From a virus, in UHGV virus genome UHGV-0305822: a stretch of DNA of 64,000 nucleotides, one strand, 5' to 3'. Below, piece after piece: positions 1 to 9,138 of this stretch. Position 1 is the stretch's first letter, and every line of letters begins with the position of its first letter. The notes beneath the pieces were generated by a model, which worked only from the letters and a program-made list of their open reading frames with translations, ran no database searches and was not told the DNA's origin. The position numbers and the translations under genes are program-made.

Positions 1-31
1 AGTCAGTAATTTATGTCTTCAGCTTGAGAAA

Positions 32-829
32 GTGCCCTTTCACGGTGCGGACATTTTAACTAAACCGGAGCTCGCGTTATTAAGCGGGTTAATTGGTTTT
101 GAAGCAAAAACCATCAAAGTTGAGCAGGAACTTACACGAAACGATTTCGGCTCAACTTGGTACGAAAGTTTCTTCCGCTACGAAATGTTAAGTGATAAAG
201 CTATCAAACTCACTTACCGTTCTACCGACGACATCGTTTACCACATTTTAATTAGCGGCGAACCCCACCAGATTATTGAAGTCGAAGGAGAAAAATCCGT
301 GCGTACCTTAAAAGATGAATTAACTGATTTTGTTAACAAAATTGATAGCGTGGGTATCAGTGAATTATTATTCCCGATTCAACATCCAGAGTTGCTTGAC
401 GAGAAATGTGAAAACATGGTTATGGCGGTGCATTTACTTCCTGACCATCTTGCTATCTACCGTACACTTTCTAAGAACCAACTTAAAGTGTGGTGTCTGT
501 TAAAAGACCTTTTAACAGAGGCGGGGTGGTCGTGTAGTGTAGATGTTAACTGTGAAGGAGTTGCGTTCTTCATCACAATAGGCAATCGTAGTTTTTCTGT
601 CGATTTACCTACTCGCAGCTATTACGATTTCTTCCCGACCGCAGAAGGACGTACTGAAAAAGAACCCGCATTACTGCTCAGTGCTAAGTCGTCCAATGCG
701 CTAATGGCGCAACTAAAGGCAAAAGACGAGAAACTGGATGCTTTACATCTACCTATAATCGGAAAAGATTACGGTTGGGCTGACGTGCAAAAATACGGCA
801 GCCAACTGTTGTTTGTTGCTGACCTTTAA
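32..829 (+). CDS. hypothetical protein, paralog of 897..1670; frame is open to window start so may be 5' partial
   Basis: 265-aa ORF with GTG start; no in-frame stop between position 2 and 32; C-terminal ...QKYGSQLLFVADL matches ...QQHGKQLLFIADV of the next ORF. Confidence 0.6.
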   Translation: MPFHGADILTKPELALLSGLIGFEAKTIKVEQELTRNDFGSTWYESFFRYEMLSDKAIKLTYRSTDDIVYHILISGEPHQIIEVEGEKSVRTLKDELTDFVNKIDSVGISELLFPIQHPELLDEKCENMVMAVHLLPDHLAIYRTLSKNQLKVWCLLKDLLTEAGWSCSVDVNCEGVAFFITIGNRSFSVDLPTRSYYDFFPTAEGRTEKEPALLLSAKSSNALMAQLKAKDEKLDALHLPIIGKDYGWADVQKYGSQLLFVADL

Positions 830-855
830 TAAGTGAAAATACACTTTCTCTAACT

Positions 856-880
856 GCCGCGCTTTAGTCGCGGCTTTTGT
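856..880 (+). terminator. putative intrinsic terminator
   Basis: hairpin gccgcg-ctttagt-cgcggc followed by ttttgtt. Confidence 0.4.
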
Positions 881-896
881 TAAGAAGGAAATAGAA

Positions 897-1670
897 ATGA
901 AAGTCCATTTAGACGATATCTTTAAAACCGAACCGTATATGATCGAAGGTCCGCTAACATCACTACTACTCGCCGATAGATTAGATCGTACGCTGCAATT
1001 ACAATCGATCGAATCTGCACCCGTTGACGATGTAGAGCGTTACGAGCGCATCAACTATACGCGTGGTGAGTATCGTCGCTATAAGCCAAATTCACTAAGC
1101 GTTAAACTTTGGAAAGTAAGCACAGGTAAGGTATTAACTTATCGCACTGTCGGTAGTTATTACATTCAACAAGCCAAAGAATGGCTAGAGAAAGTTAAAG
1201 AACTGAACTTCGATCTACTGAGCAAAAAACTGCGCGATCATAACGCTAGTTTGCCGATACGTAATTATTTCTCCACGATTGAAAATAGCCGTTGTTTCGT
1301 TTCTCGCGAATCCATGATATTACCTGGGGATGATGTTCAGACAACACTAAAAGATGTGGTTGTGAAGAAAATCTTTCATGAATCTGAACACGTTGGGTTT
1401 CGTATCTATCTGACGCACAAGAGACCATTTACCGTGATTCACGTTGTTACCGCACCCGAAGGCTCAGCGGTTATTCGAGAACTTCCTGATGCTCGAGACC
1501 GTTGCCCTAATGAGCCGCTTTATTTAATGTCAGGAACAAAATCAACCGCGTTGATGTCCCGTTACAGCATGTTAGATGTTGTTGACGCTGCTATGAAACT
1601 AGGTTGGAAAGAAGTGCAGCAACATGGTAAACAATTGCTGTTTATTGCCGATGTAAAACTTAATCAATAG
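897..1670 (+). CDS. hypothetical protein, paralog of 32..829
   Basis: 257-aa ORF; SD aaggaaa upstream of ATG; shared C-terminal motif with previous ORF. Confidence 0.7.
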   Translation: MKVHLDDIFKTEPYMIEGPLTSLLLADRLDRTLQLQSIESAPVDDVERYERINYTRGEYRRYKPNSLSVKLWKVSTGKVLTYRTVGSYYIQQAKEWLEKVKELNFDLLSKKLRDHNASLPIRNYFSTIENSRCFVSRESMILPGDDVQTTLKDVVVKKIFHESEHVGFRIYLTHKRPFTVIHVVTAPEGSAVIRELPDARDRCPNEPLYLMSGTKSTALMSRYSMLDVVDAAMKLGWKEVQQHGKQLLFIADVKLNQ

Positions 1671-1682
1671 TGAGGTGGTACC

Positions 1683-2261
1683 GTGTACCGATTAATAGAA
1701 ATGCGAAAAGACGTTTGGTTGGAAAACCTCGTCGATGGGGAGCTTGAGGGAATAGAGCTTTCCTTACCAGAAAGAGCGGACACGGTATTGGTCTTTCTGA
1801 TAAAACAGGCAGCGAAGGAACCGGTAGGAATCTTCAGCGTGGACTATAAAGACCCACGAGGGATTCATTTACGGAACATTTGCAGTGGTTTAGAAAGCTT
1901 ACCGGCTAATCCGTTCTTAAACTACGCAAAACGTAAACTCCAGCCAGGGCAACATCTCTGGGTAGTTCTAGCGCCTGATACACGCATTATACGTGACGAC
2001 CTGACTGCGTTTGTCCAAGCAACGAAAGTCAGTTTGTACAATCCTAATGCGGATCGTACCGATATGCCGTTTACAATCACCTTAGAAGACGATGGAACGC
2101 AAGAGGGTATTGAGGCAATTACGGAATTAGTAAACTCTTATCCGGTAGCGTCTATTGAGTTAGAAAACCCAAACCGATTACCGTTGGGTGATTTACTCGA
2201 ATGGATTGAGCTGAATACCGAGTTCCTCATTAACTCCCGGCAGTACCGGTTCGATGTATAA
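1683..2261 (+). CDS. hypothetical protein
   Basis: 192-aa ORF, GTG start preceded by gaggtgg. Confidence 0.6.
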   Translation: MYRLIEMRKDVWLENLVDGELEGIELSLPERADTVLVFLIKQAAKEPVGIFSVDYKDPRGIHLRNICSGLESLPANPFLNYAKRKLQPGQHLWVVLAPDTRIIRDDLTAFVQATKVSLYNPNADRTDMPFTITLEDDGTQEGIEAITELVNSYPVASIELENPNRLPLGDLLEWIELNTEFLINSRQYRFDV

Positions 2262-2265
2262 CATC

Positions 2266-2299
2266 GGTGGGGGTAAACCCCCCACCTTTTATTTTTTTG
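2266..2299 (+). terminator. intrinsic terminator
   Basis: ggtgggggtaaaccccccacc hairpin followed by ttttattttttt. Confidence 0.65.
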
Positions 2300-2322
2300 T
2301 TCGTTAATATTAAAAATAATTT

Positions 2323-2345
2323 CAGATATATATTACCTAGGTGAG
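2323..2345 (+). promoter_or_regulatory. candidate phage promoter element, copy A (cAGATATATATTACCTAGGTGAG)
   Basis: AT-rich element containing TATATTAC, about 45 nt upstream of ATG 2392; related copies at 59801, 20449, 10961 and 29567. Confidence 0.4.
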
Positions 2346-2391
2346 AGTACAAAAGCTCTCACTTAATAAAACCATTTTAGGAGTATTAAAG

Positions 2392-2763
2392 ATGAAAAAC
2401 GAATTATTTAAAGACCCGTTTGTTGTATTAATGATCGTTACTCGCGCTGCCACTAACCCAGAAAACCTGAAACGTTTACTTACTAACGAAGCATACCTTA
2501 TCGAACAGCGTGACGCGCAGTTAGCCAAACCGCACGCTGAAGGCCAGGCGAAAGACCTTATCTCTATTTTCCGTAACGAAGAATGGCGTAAAAACAACGA
2601 GCTGTCCGACAACTTGACGGTTGCAATTGCAAAACTCTTGACACTGTTCAATCTTGACAAAGACATTAACCAAAGCCTTTCTACAGAAGAGCGTCTGGAA
2701 ATGATAAGAGGTATCGGAGATAGTTATACACAGATTAAAGCATTACCCAACACAGTTATTTAA
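2392..2763 (+). CDS. hypothetical protein, paralog of 59876..60265
   Basis: ORF track starts at 2341 but the ATG at 2392 has SD ttttaggagtattaaag and gives N-terminus MKNELFKDPFVVLMI, identical to the paralog at 59876. Confidence 0.7.
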   Translation: MKNELFKDPFVVLMIVTRAATNPENLKRLLTNEAYLIEQRDAQLAKPHAEGQAKDLISIFRNEEWRKNNELSDNLTVAIAKLLTLFNLDKDINQSLSTEERLEMIRGIGDSYTQIKALPNTVI

Positions 2764-2809
2764 TTTCATAATTTGTGGGAATTTCCCCATAACCCGAAGG
2801 AGCATTTCA

Positions 2810-3271
2810 ATGAAAACCTTTATCACATTCTTAATAACCATTTTAACTTTCGGCCTCAATAGCGCACACGCCGCTATCAACAGCTGGGAACAAATACAAA
2901 ACCCTGGCCAGGCAGTTTACGAAATTGAAGACACCGCCGGAAACGGACTGTCTATCAACTGTGACACAGAAACTGCGAATCGCAAATTTTACGGTCGCAT
3001 GGTTTGGTATTACGGTGAACCCGTAGGTGCAACTAACGCTGAAGATAACACGATGGATATTGTCGTAAACGGCAAAACCTATAACATCCCTACCGTGGAC
3101 GGTAGTGACAAAGCAGAACACGCTTGGGTTGCTTTCGTTAATGCTATCGGTAATGCCAAAACTTTCAGTGTGAGTATCAATGGTAACGATGCCGCTAACT
3201 TTACCGTAGAAGGCGAACGTCTGTCTGAAACTTTCTTCCAAAACTGTGGACACACCCGTCCTAACAAATAA
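2810..3271 (+). CDS. small secreted protein (predicted signal peptide)
   Basis: N-terminus MKTFITFLITILTFGLNSAHA-AIN looks like a Sec signal with AxA cleavage site; 2 Cys in mature part; SD gaaggag. Confidence 0.7.
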   Translation: MKTFITFLITILTFGLNSAHAAINSWEQIQNPGQAVYEIEDTAGNGLSINCDTETANRKFYGRMVWYYGEPVGATNAEDNTMDIVVNGKTYNIPTVDGSDKAEHAWVAFVNAIGNAKTFSVSINGNDAANFTVEGERLSETFFQNCGHTRPNK

Positions 3272-3293
3272 TTATTAGTCTTTTTTAGAGTGC

Positions 3294-3686
3294 GTGAAAA
3301 TGAATATCAGAACTATACTTTATACCATCATTATTTTCTGTGCGGTCGGAATTACTGGCACTTATGCTTTCGGTGATTCGGATGTCCGCTATTACGAACC
3401 GGCTCCTGACTCACCGATTATCAACCCGGATGAGACGCCTACGTTAATGCGCAGTTTCGGTAAACTACAAGTTTATCGTTTAGTGCGTGGTGAAACGTGT
3501 ACGGGATTACTCATTGCTGACACCCGTGCACAAGTCTACCAACGTCTGACGGATATCGCCTGCGAACAACCAAAGGTAATGTCGGTTAGCATCCATCCGC
3601 TATCAGTTGGTAACTATACCGCTGTGGACTTCTTTCACAACGCCGAATTAATCGGACGCGTTACCTTAAATCGTCCTGCCGAATAA
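3294..3686 (+). CDS. small secreted or membrane-anchored protein
   Basis: hydrophobic N-terminus ILYTIIIFCAVGITGTYAFG; start could be GTG 3294 or ATG 3300. Confidence 0.6.
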   Translation: MKMNIRTILYTIIIFCAVGITGTYAFGDSDVRYYEPAPDSPIINPDETPTLMRSFGKLQVYRLVRGETCTGLLIADTRAQVYQRLTDIACEQPKVMSVSIHPLSVGNYTAVDFFHNAELIGRVTLNRPAE

Positions 3687-3704
3687 TCTAAAGGAGTAGT
3701 TACA

Positions 3705-4190
3705 ATGAAACGTTTACACACTCTGATGTTCTTTCTGGTTTTCTTGTTTATCGGTGTCACACCAAGTGTAGATGCGGCCTCCGTAGACGAATTGCTTACC
3801 TGTGATGGAAACGCTTGGGAAGGTCAGCCAAATGCGTGCCCAAACATCAACGACTTGTACGATACCGATAAGTCGTTTAAAGCCGTTGTTGATAAAACAT
3901 TAGACCCTGTGGGACTGGATGGTATGTTCGGCTCTAAAGGTTACATGGATGGCCCTGGCGGTAACATGTATCCGGTAAACATCAACAACAAAATCTGGAT
4001 TGAAAGTGGCGGTTGTAAAGCTAACGCTTGTGGTTGGGAATACATCGTAACGCTATACAACCCACACACCAAGAAACTCGTCGGTTATTACTACAACATC
4101 GACCCCGGTTATCTGATCTGGTTCGGTGATATCGGTGTTGCCGAATTCGCTTACCTGGTTAAGAAATACGTAGAACAATCTAAATACTAA
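3705..4190 (+). CDS. small secreted Cys-containing protein
   Basis: signal-like N-terminus MKRLHTLMFFLVFLFIGVTPSVDA; 6 Cys; SD taaaggag. Confidence 0.7.
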   Translation: MKRLHTLMFFLVFLFIGVTPSVDAASVDELLTCDGNAWEGQPNACPNINDLYDTDKSFKAVVDKTLDPVGLDGMFGSKGYMDGPGGNMYPVNINNKIWIESGGCKANACGWEYIVTLYNPHTKKLVGYYYNIDPGYLIWFGDIGVAEFAYLVKKYVEQSKY

Positions 4191-4201
4191 GGACTTTTAT
4201 C

Positions 4202-4612
4202 ATGAAAACTATCATCAATACTCTTCTCATTGCAATGGCTGTTCTGTTCTCTGTCAACGCTACAGCAAAAACAATACAGTTGCCAGACAATATTAAGTAC
4301 GTCAATAGCACCGATGATTTCTATTGTACGGAAATTGACGGCTTGTACTGCCAGGCGAAGAGTCTGTTTAAATACAAAGGTAGCAGATACGTATTCATCG
4401 TTGAGCAGGGTGGTGCCTGGTGTTACGACAGCCCAATGTCCGTACTCAACCTCGAAACGTGGAAGGCCCAACGTCTCGAATACAACGACAAACGTCTGTG
4501 CTCTGGTAATAACAAACCATTCTTCGAAGTCGTAGATGGTGTGCCAATGGTAGGGATATTAGACACTTCGGAAAAACCTATCGTTGTAGCTATGGATAAA
4601 CTTAAAATTTAA
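4202..4612 (+). CDS. small secreted Cys-containing protein
   Basis: signal-like N-terminus MKTIINTLLIAMAVLFSVNATA; 4 Cys. Confidence 0.7.
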   Translation: MKTIINTLLIAMAVLFSVNATAKTIQLPDNIKYVNSTDDFYCTEIDGLYCQAKSLFKYKGSRYVFIVEQGGAWCYDSPMSVLNLETWKAQRLEYNDKRLCSGNNKPFFEVVDGVPMVGILDTSEKPIVVAMDKLKI

Positions 4613-4622
4613 GGAGTAACTC

Positions 4623-5012
4623 ATGCGTCTCGTCTGCGTTTTAGCATTCTTCTTCTCCCTGAGTGTAGCAGCATCTACTCAAGTTAACGATTTACTGCTA
4701 ACCCCAAACAACAATACCGATTACCAGTACAATCCTCCGGGGTTTGAAGTTTGTGAAGTCGGTGAAACAATCTGCCAAGAAGTCGGCGCAGACGGGCGCT
4801 ATATTCTGGTAAAAGCTGATGGTGGCACAATGTGTCCCGCAGGTTATTACTTTCTGCTCGATTCCGTCGCAAGAGAGGTTCTTCCTATCACCACGAAAAC
4901 GTGCGACCCTACCGTTGTCTTAACTCTCGCTAAAAGCAAATCTCGCGACCGTTACCTGATCGTTATCGAAGAACGGGGCAAGATGGCTGGTGCTATCGAA
5001 TTAGATCATTGA
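4623..5012 (+). CDS. small secreted Cys-containing protein
   Basis: signal-like N-terminus MRLVCVLAFFFSLSVAAS; SD taaggag. Confidence 0.7.
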   Translation: MRLVCVLAFFFSLSVAASTQVNDLLLTPNNNTDYQYNPPGFEVCEVGETICQEVGADGRYILVKADGGTMCPAGYYFLLDSVAREVLPITTKTCDPTVVLTLAKSKSRDRYLIVIEERGKMAGAIELDH

Positions 5013-5022
5013 GTGTAGTCTT

Positions 5023-5049
5023 GGCCCCGATACGTTCGGGGTCCTTTTT
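5023..5049 (+). terminator. intrinsic terminator
   Basis: ggccccgatacgttcggggtcc hairpin followed by ttttt. Confidence 0.65.
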
Positions 5050-5078
5050 ACGACATGTTTACCTAAAGGAGTATTAAA

Positions 5079-5555
5079 ATGCAATTATCTAACGTTTACC
5101 AAGCTGCGCAATTTCATCATGACCTGTCGGCTAAACCTGAACAAATTCGCCACAACTTAACGGTGGCCTGGAAACTGCTGCGTATCGCCGAAGCCTCGCG
5201 CCTTAACGATCAGTCGACGATTATCGAAACGGTGCGCACACTACATCCAGTCGACCTGGAAACAATCTGGACCTTTGATTTAACCCGAATTTATCACCGT
5301 CGTTTTAATGCGGCAGTTGATGCGATCCGTCCTTACTTTCACCACCTGCGAACAACACGCGAAAATGACACCGCACTTGAGTGGGTATTGGTACAAAGCG
5401 TATGGAGCGACTACATTTATCTCCTTTCTTTAGAGACGGGTGAATGTATCGTTGCTAACGAAGTTTTTTCAAGTAACGCAGAAATGTATCGTTCCTTCGC
5501 GACGATTAAAGGTGAAACACAACCTATTTTATCACTCACGCACTTAGGGCTGTAA
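5079..5555 (+). CDS. hypothetical protein
   Basis: 158-aa ORF with SD cctaaaggagtattaaaATG. Confidence 0.65.
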   Translation: MQLSNVYQAAQFHHDLSAKPEQIRHNLTVAWKLLRIAEASRLNDQSTIIETVRTLHPVDLETIWTFDLTRIYHRRFNAAVDAIRPYFHHLRTTRENDTALEWVLVQSVWSDYIYLLSLETGECIVANEVFSSNAEMYRSFATIKGETQPILSLTHLGL

Positions 5556-5557
5556 TT

Positions 5558-5591
5558 AGCCCGGCCCCGTTTACTCGGGGCTTCTTTTTTT
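5558..5591 (+). terminator. intrinsic terminator
   Basis: gccccgtttactcggggc hairpin followed by ttcttttttt. Confidence 0.6.
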
Positions 5592-5611
5592 GATCTAAAA
5601 GGAAAGACCAG

Positions 5612-6220
5612 ATGAACGAAATTACATTAGTTCGTTTTCTTGAAGCGATGCAAAATGCAGAGCGCTTTTCGCATACGCCTTTATTCATTGACTTAATGGA
5701 AGAAGAAGTAGAGGGCTTCCTGGCATACCCACGCTTACGGGAATATTTTAAACGCAAAACACCGACTGCTTACGAAAAGTTGGTTTACGCGCTTGAAAAC
5801 AGTACAACACTGTTAACGTCGCCTTTTAAGGCGTTGGAGGCTTTAGACCCGGCTGGTACCACAAGTATCCCACAACGTGTTGTGTTCTACTATATCGACC
5901 ACGATCGAATTAAAGCCGATGTTGTTAACTGGATCTCTGAAAACGCAGTTCCTGAAACACGCACTTTTAATCTCTGTCCCGTAGAAGAAGGGTGGAAGGT
6001 CGGTAGCCACTATTCTTACCCGTACCAATCCATTAAATCGCCGTTTTTATACCCGGTTTATCTGGATGATGTTACACCTGGAAATTGTATCCCGGTAACA
6101 AATCTGATCTGTACATTGACAATGGAAGTCTTAGCCACAAAGGCGGGACAGGTTTGGGTAGAAAACACGAAGAACGTCGATTATTGGACTTCAATGGGTT
6201 ATCACCTGTACACCAAATAA
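5612..6220 (+). CDS. hypothetical protein
   Basis: 202-aa ORF; SD aaaggaaag. Confidence 0.65.
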   Translation: MNEITLVRFLEAMQNAERFSHTPLFIDLMEEEVEGFLAYPRLREYFKRKTPTAYEKLVYALENSTTLLTSPFKALEALDPAGTTSIPQRVVFYYIDHDRIKADVVNWISENAVPETRTFNLCPVEEGWKVGSHYSYPYQSIKSPFLYPVYLDDVTPGNCIPVTNLICTLTMEVLATKAGQVWVENTKNVDYWTSMGYHLYTK

Positions 6221-6225
6221 CGTTT

Positions 6226-6268
6226 GGGAGAACCTTCGGGTTCTCCCTTTCTTTATTTTTTTCTTTTT
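6226..6268 (+). terminator. intrinsic terminator
   Basis: gggagaaccttcgggttctccc hairpin followed by a T-rich run. Confidence 0.65.
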
Positions 6269-6298
6269 ACACCACACTCCGTCTTTATGGAGGTGGGT

Positions 6299-8803
6299 AT
6301 GCTAAAAGTTGAACGCATTATACTCAAAGGTTTTACGGGGATGGGGTTACATGAAATTGAAACCTTCGATTTCACTATCCAGTCTCCAACAACAATTATC
6401 CTGGGTGGGAACGGCTGCGGGAAAACCAGTCTACTGTCTGTGTTCTTACCCTTAGCACCGGCTAAAACCGAATTTAGGGACGGCGGTTCTTACACAAACT
6501 ACTGTTTAGTTGGCGATCAACGCTATCGATTCAAAGTTGCCCGTAAAGGCAACTCTTTGGTTTGTGATATTGAGAACTTGACCACGGGGACAAAGATCGT
6601 CGAGCAAGGTAATGCGAAAGTCTACAACTCCCGTGTTGAAGAAATCACGGGTATTACGAAAGAGATTAAAGAACTATTAAATGGTGAGGTGTTGTTAACC
6701 GATGCGGGAACCGAATTACGCCGCAAATGGTTTTACCGTTTAAGTACCTCTGACCTCACTTACGCGTTAGGGTTTTATCAGCGTTTACGTAAAAACCTTA
6801 CTGCCTTAAATGGGGGTATTGAAATCACCAGCCGCAAGATCGCCGAATTACGGACGCGTGTTATTGAGAACGAGGAAGAACGGCAGCAGTTAGCGACGAG
6901 ATTAAAAGGTTTGGAATCGGATTTACGTGAACTGAACCGAGAAATCGAACAGTTGCCAGGATTAAATCGTGCCGTCACCATCGAAACAATCCAAGCGTTA
7001 TTAAACAGCTTGGGCCCAACCATCGACGCAATATTACAACATCGTGGTGGCCTGCCTACTGATGAACAGATACTGACCGCGCGACAAAACGAAGCTACGG
7101 CCCGCGAAGCTGTCGTGTCTACTGAAACAGAGGTATCGATGTTGAATAAAGACTTGTCGTTATTAATGGATGAGTCGACACGACAAGACTACCTGATGCG
7201 GAATCACGAAGGTCTCAAGAATACGCTGGCACGTTTACGTGAGTTACTTACCAAATGGGACACCGAACATCTCTTTCCGGGTCTATTTAACGACAACATC
7301 AATTTAGACCAACTTCGTGCGGCTACAGATGCGCGTGTTTGGGGGCAACGGTTGGGAACAACACTAGACGCAATTCATTCAACCGAAAAACTTAACGTTT
7401 TGGAAGAACGACTTCTGGTGATGGATCAAAAAACCGCAGGGATGCGGGATAGACTCCAGCGAGTGGAGAACGTTTTACAGAATTTAAATCACGAACGTAA
7501 TCACTACTTAGAAACAGCGGAAGTGGATTGCCCGCAGTGTCGGTTTAAGTTTCGGCCCGGTGTTACGCGTTCTTTACCTGAACTTGAGTCTTCGATTCGC
7601 GGACAACAACAGCAGCGCACGGAACTGCAAACACAGTTAGAGGCCCTATTACGCGATCGTGTTGAATTAGAATCTGATGTAACTTATATGCGGCAGGTTC
7701 GTGAGATTGTACTGACGTATTCAAAGGACCCGGTATTGAGCATGTTCTTTAAGCGTTTGCAAGAACGTAACGTTTTCACAGAATCACGCGAACAGTTCGG
7801 GAGTCTATGCGCAGCGTTTGACAGTGAGTTGTACTCTGCTATTGAGTACCATGAAACCCGACAACGGTTAGTGAAGGCGGAAAAAGAATGGCAGGATGCC
7901 GTAGCGGCCGTTGGTAACGTCGATGGTGCTTTACAACAGAAAATCGCCTTCCAACAGTCACGATTAGGTAAAGCCACAGAAATGCTCTCAATGCGTCGTA
8001 GAGAGCACGAACTGGCTAACACGACACTTACCTATCTGGTGAATGTTAAACGTGCTGTAGATGATTTCAGTGCGTTATTCGAACGGTTAGAGAGTGATGT
8101 TAAGGTTACGTTGACAAATACGGTCGTCGAGGAACTCTTACGTGCACGAGAAGGGAAGCTGGATGCTTTTACAACCGCACGCGAACGTTATCGTCAGATG
8201 GAAAATGAATTGAATCAGCTCAACAGTTTGGAACGCGAACTTGCTGACTTACAAGCCCAGCAGTTCAATAACAAACTGATGATTCAAGCCTTCTCGCCAG
8301 AAAAGGGTGTACTTAGAAAGTATTTTTACAACGCTATCGTTAGAATCACAGAGTTAATGACGCGTTATATCGAACAAGTCTGGACGTACCCCATGCGCGT
8401 TATGCCTTGTGACCTCACTGACGGCGATTTGGATTATACTTTTCCTGTCCAGCTAAAAACGCATCCTGAGCCTGTTCCTGACGTGCGTAAAGGGTCTAAG
8501 GCGCAGCGTGCGATATTTAATCTGATGTTCAGGCTGACCGCGTACAAAGCGCTGAAGTTGCATCAGTTTCCGTTGCTTTTGGATGAGCCTTCGGAAGGCA
8601 TGGATGAGGAGCACCGTAACAACCTGGTCGGCTTTATTAAAACGTTAGCAAACTCGGGAGAATTTTCTCAACTGTTGGTAGTCTCCCACGAAGCCGAGGT
8701 TCATTCTAAACTTAATGAAGCATCGTACTGTGTCATCGAACCGGAAGGGGTGACATTGCCTGCGGTGTATAACGAAGGAGTAAAAATTGTTTATGCAAAC
8801 TGA
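6299..8803 (+). CDS. SbcC/Rad50-like recombination ATPase (SMC-like)
   Basis: Walker A GGNGCGKTS at 6404..6430; long coiled-coil-like middle; CPQC zinc-hook-like motif at 7529..7540; Walker B LLLDEPSEGMD and VVSHEAE near C-terminus. Start moved to ATG 6299 (MLKVERI) after ggaggt, because the track start at 6224 sits inside the upstream terminator. Confidence 0.7.
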   Translation: MLKVERIILKGFTGMGLHEIETFDFTIQSPTTIILGGNGCGKTSLLSVFLPLAPAKTEFRDGGSYTNYCLVGDQRYRFKVARKGNSLVCDIENLTTGTKIVEQGNAKVYNSRVEEITGITKEIKELLNGEVLLTDAGTELRRKWFYRLSTSDLTYALGFYQRLRKNLTALNGGIEITSRKIAELRTRVIENEEERQQLATRLKGLESDLRELNREIEQLPGLNRAVTIETIQALLNSLGPTIDAILQHRGGLPTDEQILTARQNEATAREAVVSTETEVSMLNKDLSLLMDESTRQDYLMRNHEGLKNTLARLRELLTKWDTEHLFPGLFNDNINLDQLRAATDARVWGQRLGTTLDAIHSTEKLNVLEERLLVMDQKTAGMRDRLQRVENVLQNLNHERNHYLETAEVDCPQCRFKFRPGVTRSLPELESSIRGQQQQRTELQTQLEALLRDRVELESDVTYMRQVREIVLTYSKDPVLSMFFKRLQERNVFTESREQFGSLCAAFDSELYSAIEYHETRQRLVKAEKEWQDAVAAVGNVDGALQQKIAFQQSRLGKATEMLSMRRREHELANTTLTYLVNVKRAVDDFSALFERLESDVKVTLTNTVVEELLRAREGKLDAFTTARERYRQMENELNQLNSLERELADLQAQQFNNKLMIQAFSPEKGVLRKYFYNAIVRITELMTRYIEQVWTYPMRVMPCDLTDGDLDYTFPVQLKTHPEPVPDVRKGSKAQRAIFNLMFRLTAYKALKLHQFPLLLDEPSEGMDEEHRNNLVGFIKTLANSGEFSQLLVVSHEAEVHSKLNEASYCVIEPEGVTLPAVYNEGVKIVYAN

Positions 8804-8972
8804 TTGGTTCCGTCGTATTGTGGATGCGGCAGGGTTTGGCTTCATGTCCATTCTAGCGGTTCTTTATGTCATGTTTTGTGTGGTGATGATTTTATGGGTA
8901 GTTTCATCTTATCTGATTAAACTATCGTGGGGTTCAATTTGGCGTCAACGCGAATGCGAATGGCGGAATTAG
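8793..8972 (+). CDS. small membrane protein
   Basis: 59 aa, hydrophobic helix FGFMSILAVLYVMFCVVMILWVV; SD aaggag before ATG 8793. Confidence 0.45.
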   Translation: MQTDWFRRIVDAAGFGFMSILAVLYVMFCVVMILWVVSSYLIKLSWGSIWRQRECEWRN

Positions 8973-8982
8973 GAGAGGGAAT

Positions 8983-9081
8983 ATGGTTGTAGGGGTTCTG
9001 TTAACACTTGGCTCGTTGTGGTTAATTGGTAAAGGTTTAAACTGGCTGATTAAACGTCACCGTTGGGCGTTCGAAGATTAA
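8983..9081 (+). CDS. small membrane peptide (32 aa), putative
   Basis: SD aggagaggg then ATG; MVVGVLLTLGSLWLIGKGLNWLIKRHRWAFED; too short for the ORF track. Confidence 0.3.
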   Translation: MVVGVLLTLGSLWLIGKGLNWLIKRHRWAFED

Positions 9082-9138
9082 CCACCCAAATAATCCAGAA
9101 GATACCCTCCGGTGTGAGGGTATTGACAGGAGCAGAAA

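Noticed and set aside
2337-2666. 109-aa minus-strand ORF
   Set aside because: Antisense to the conserved paralog gene 2392..2763.
6085-6312. 75-aa ORF spanning a terminator
   Set aside because: Crosses the terminator hairpin at 6226..6268 and overlaps the ends of two better-supported genes.
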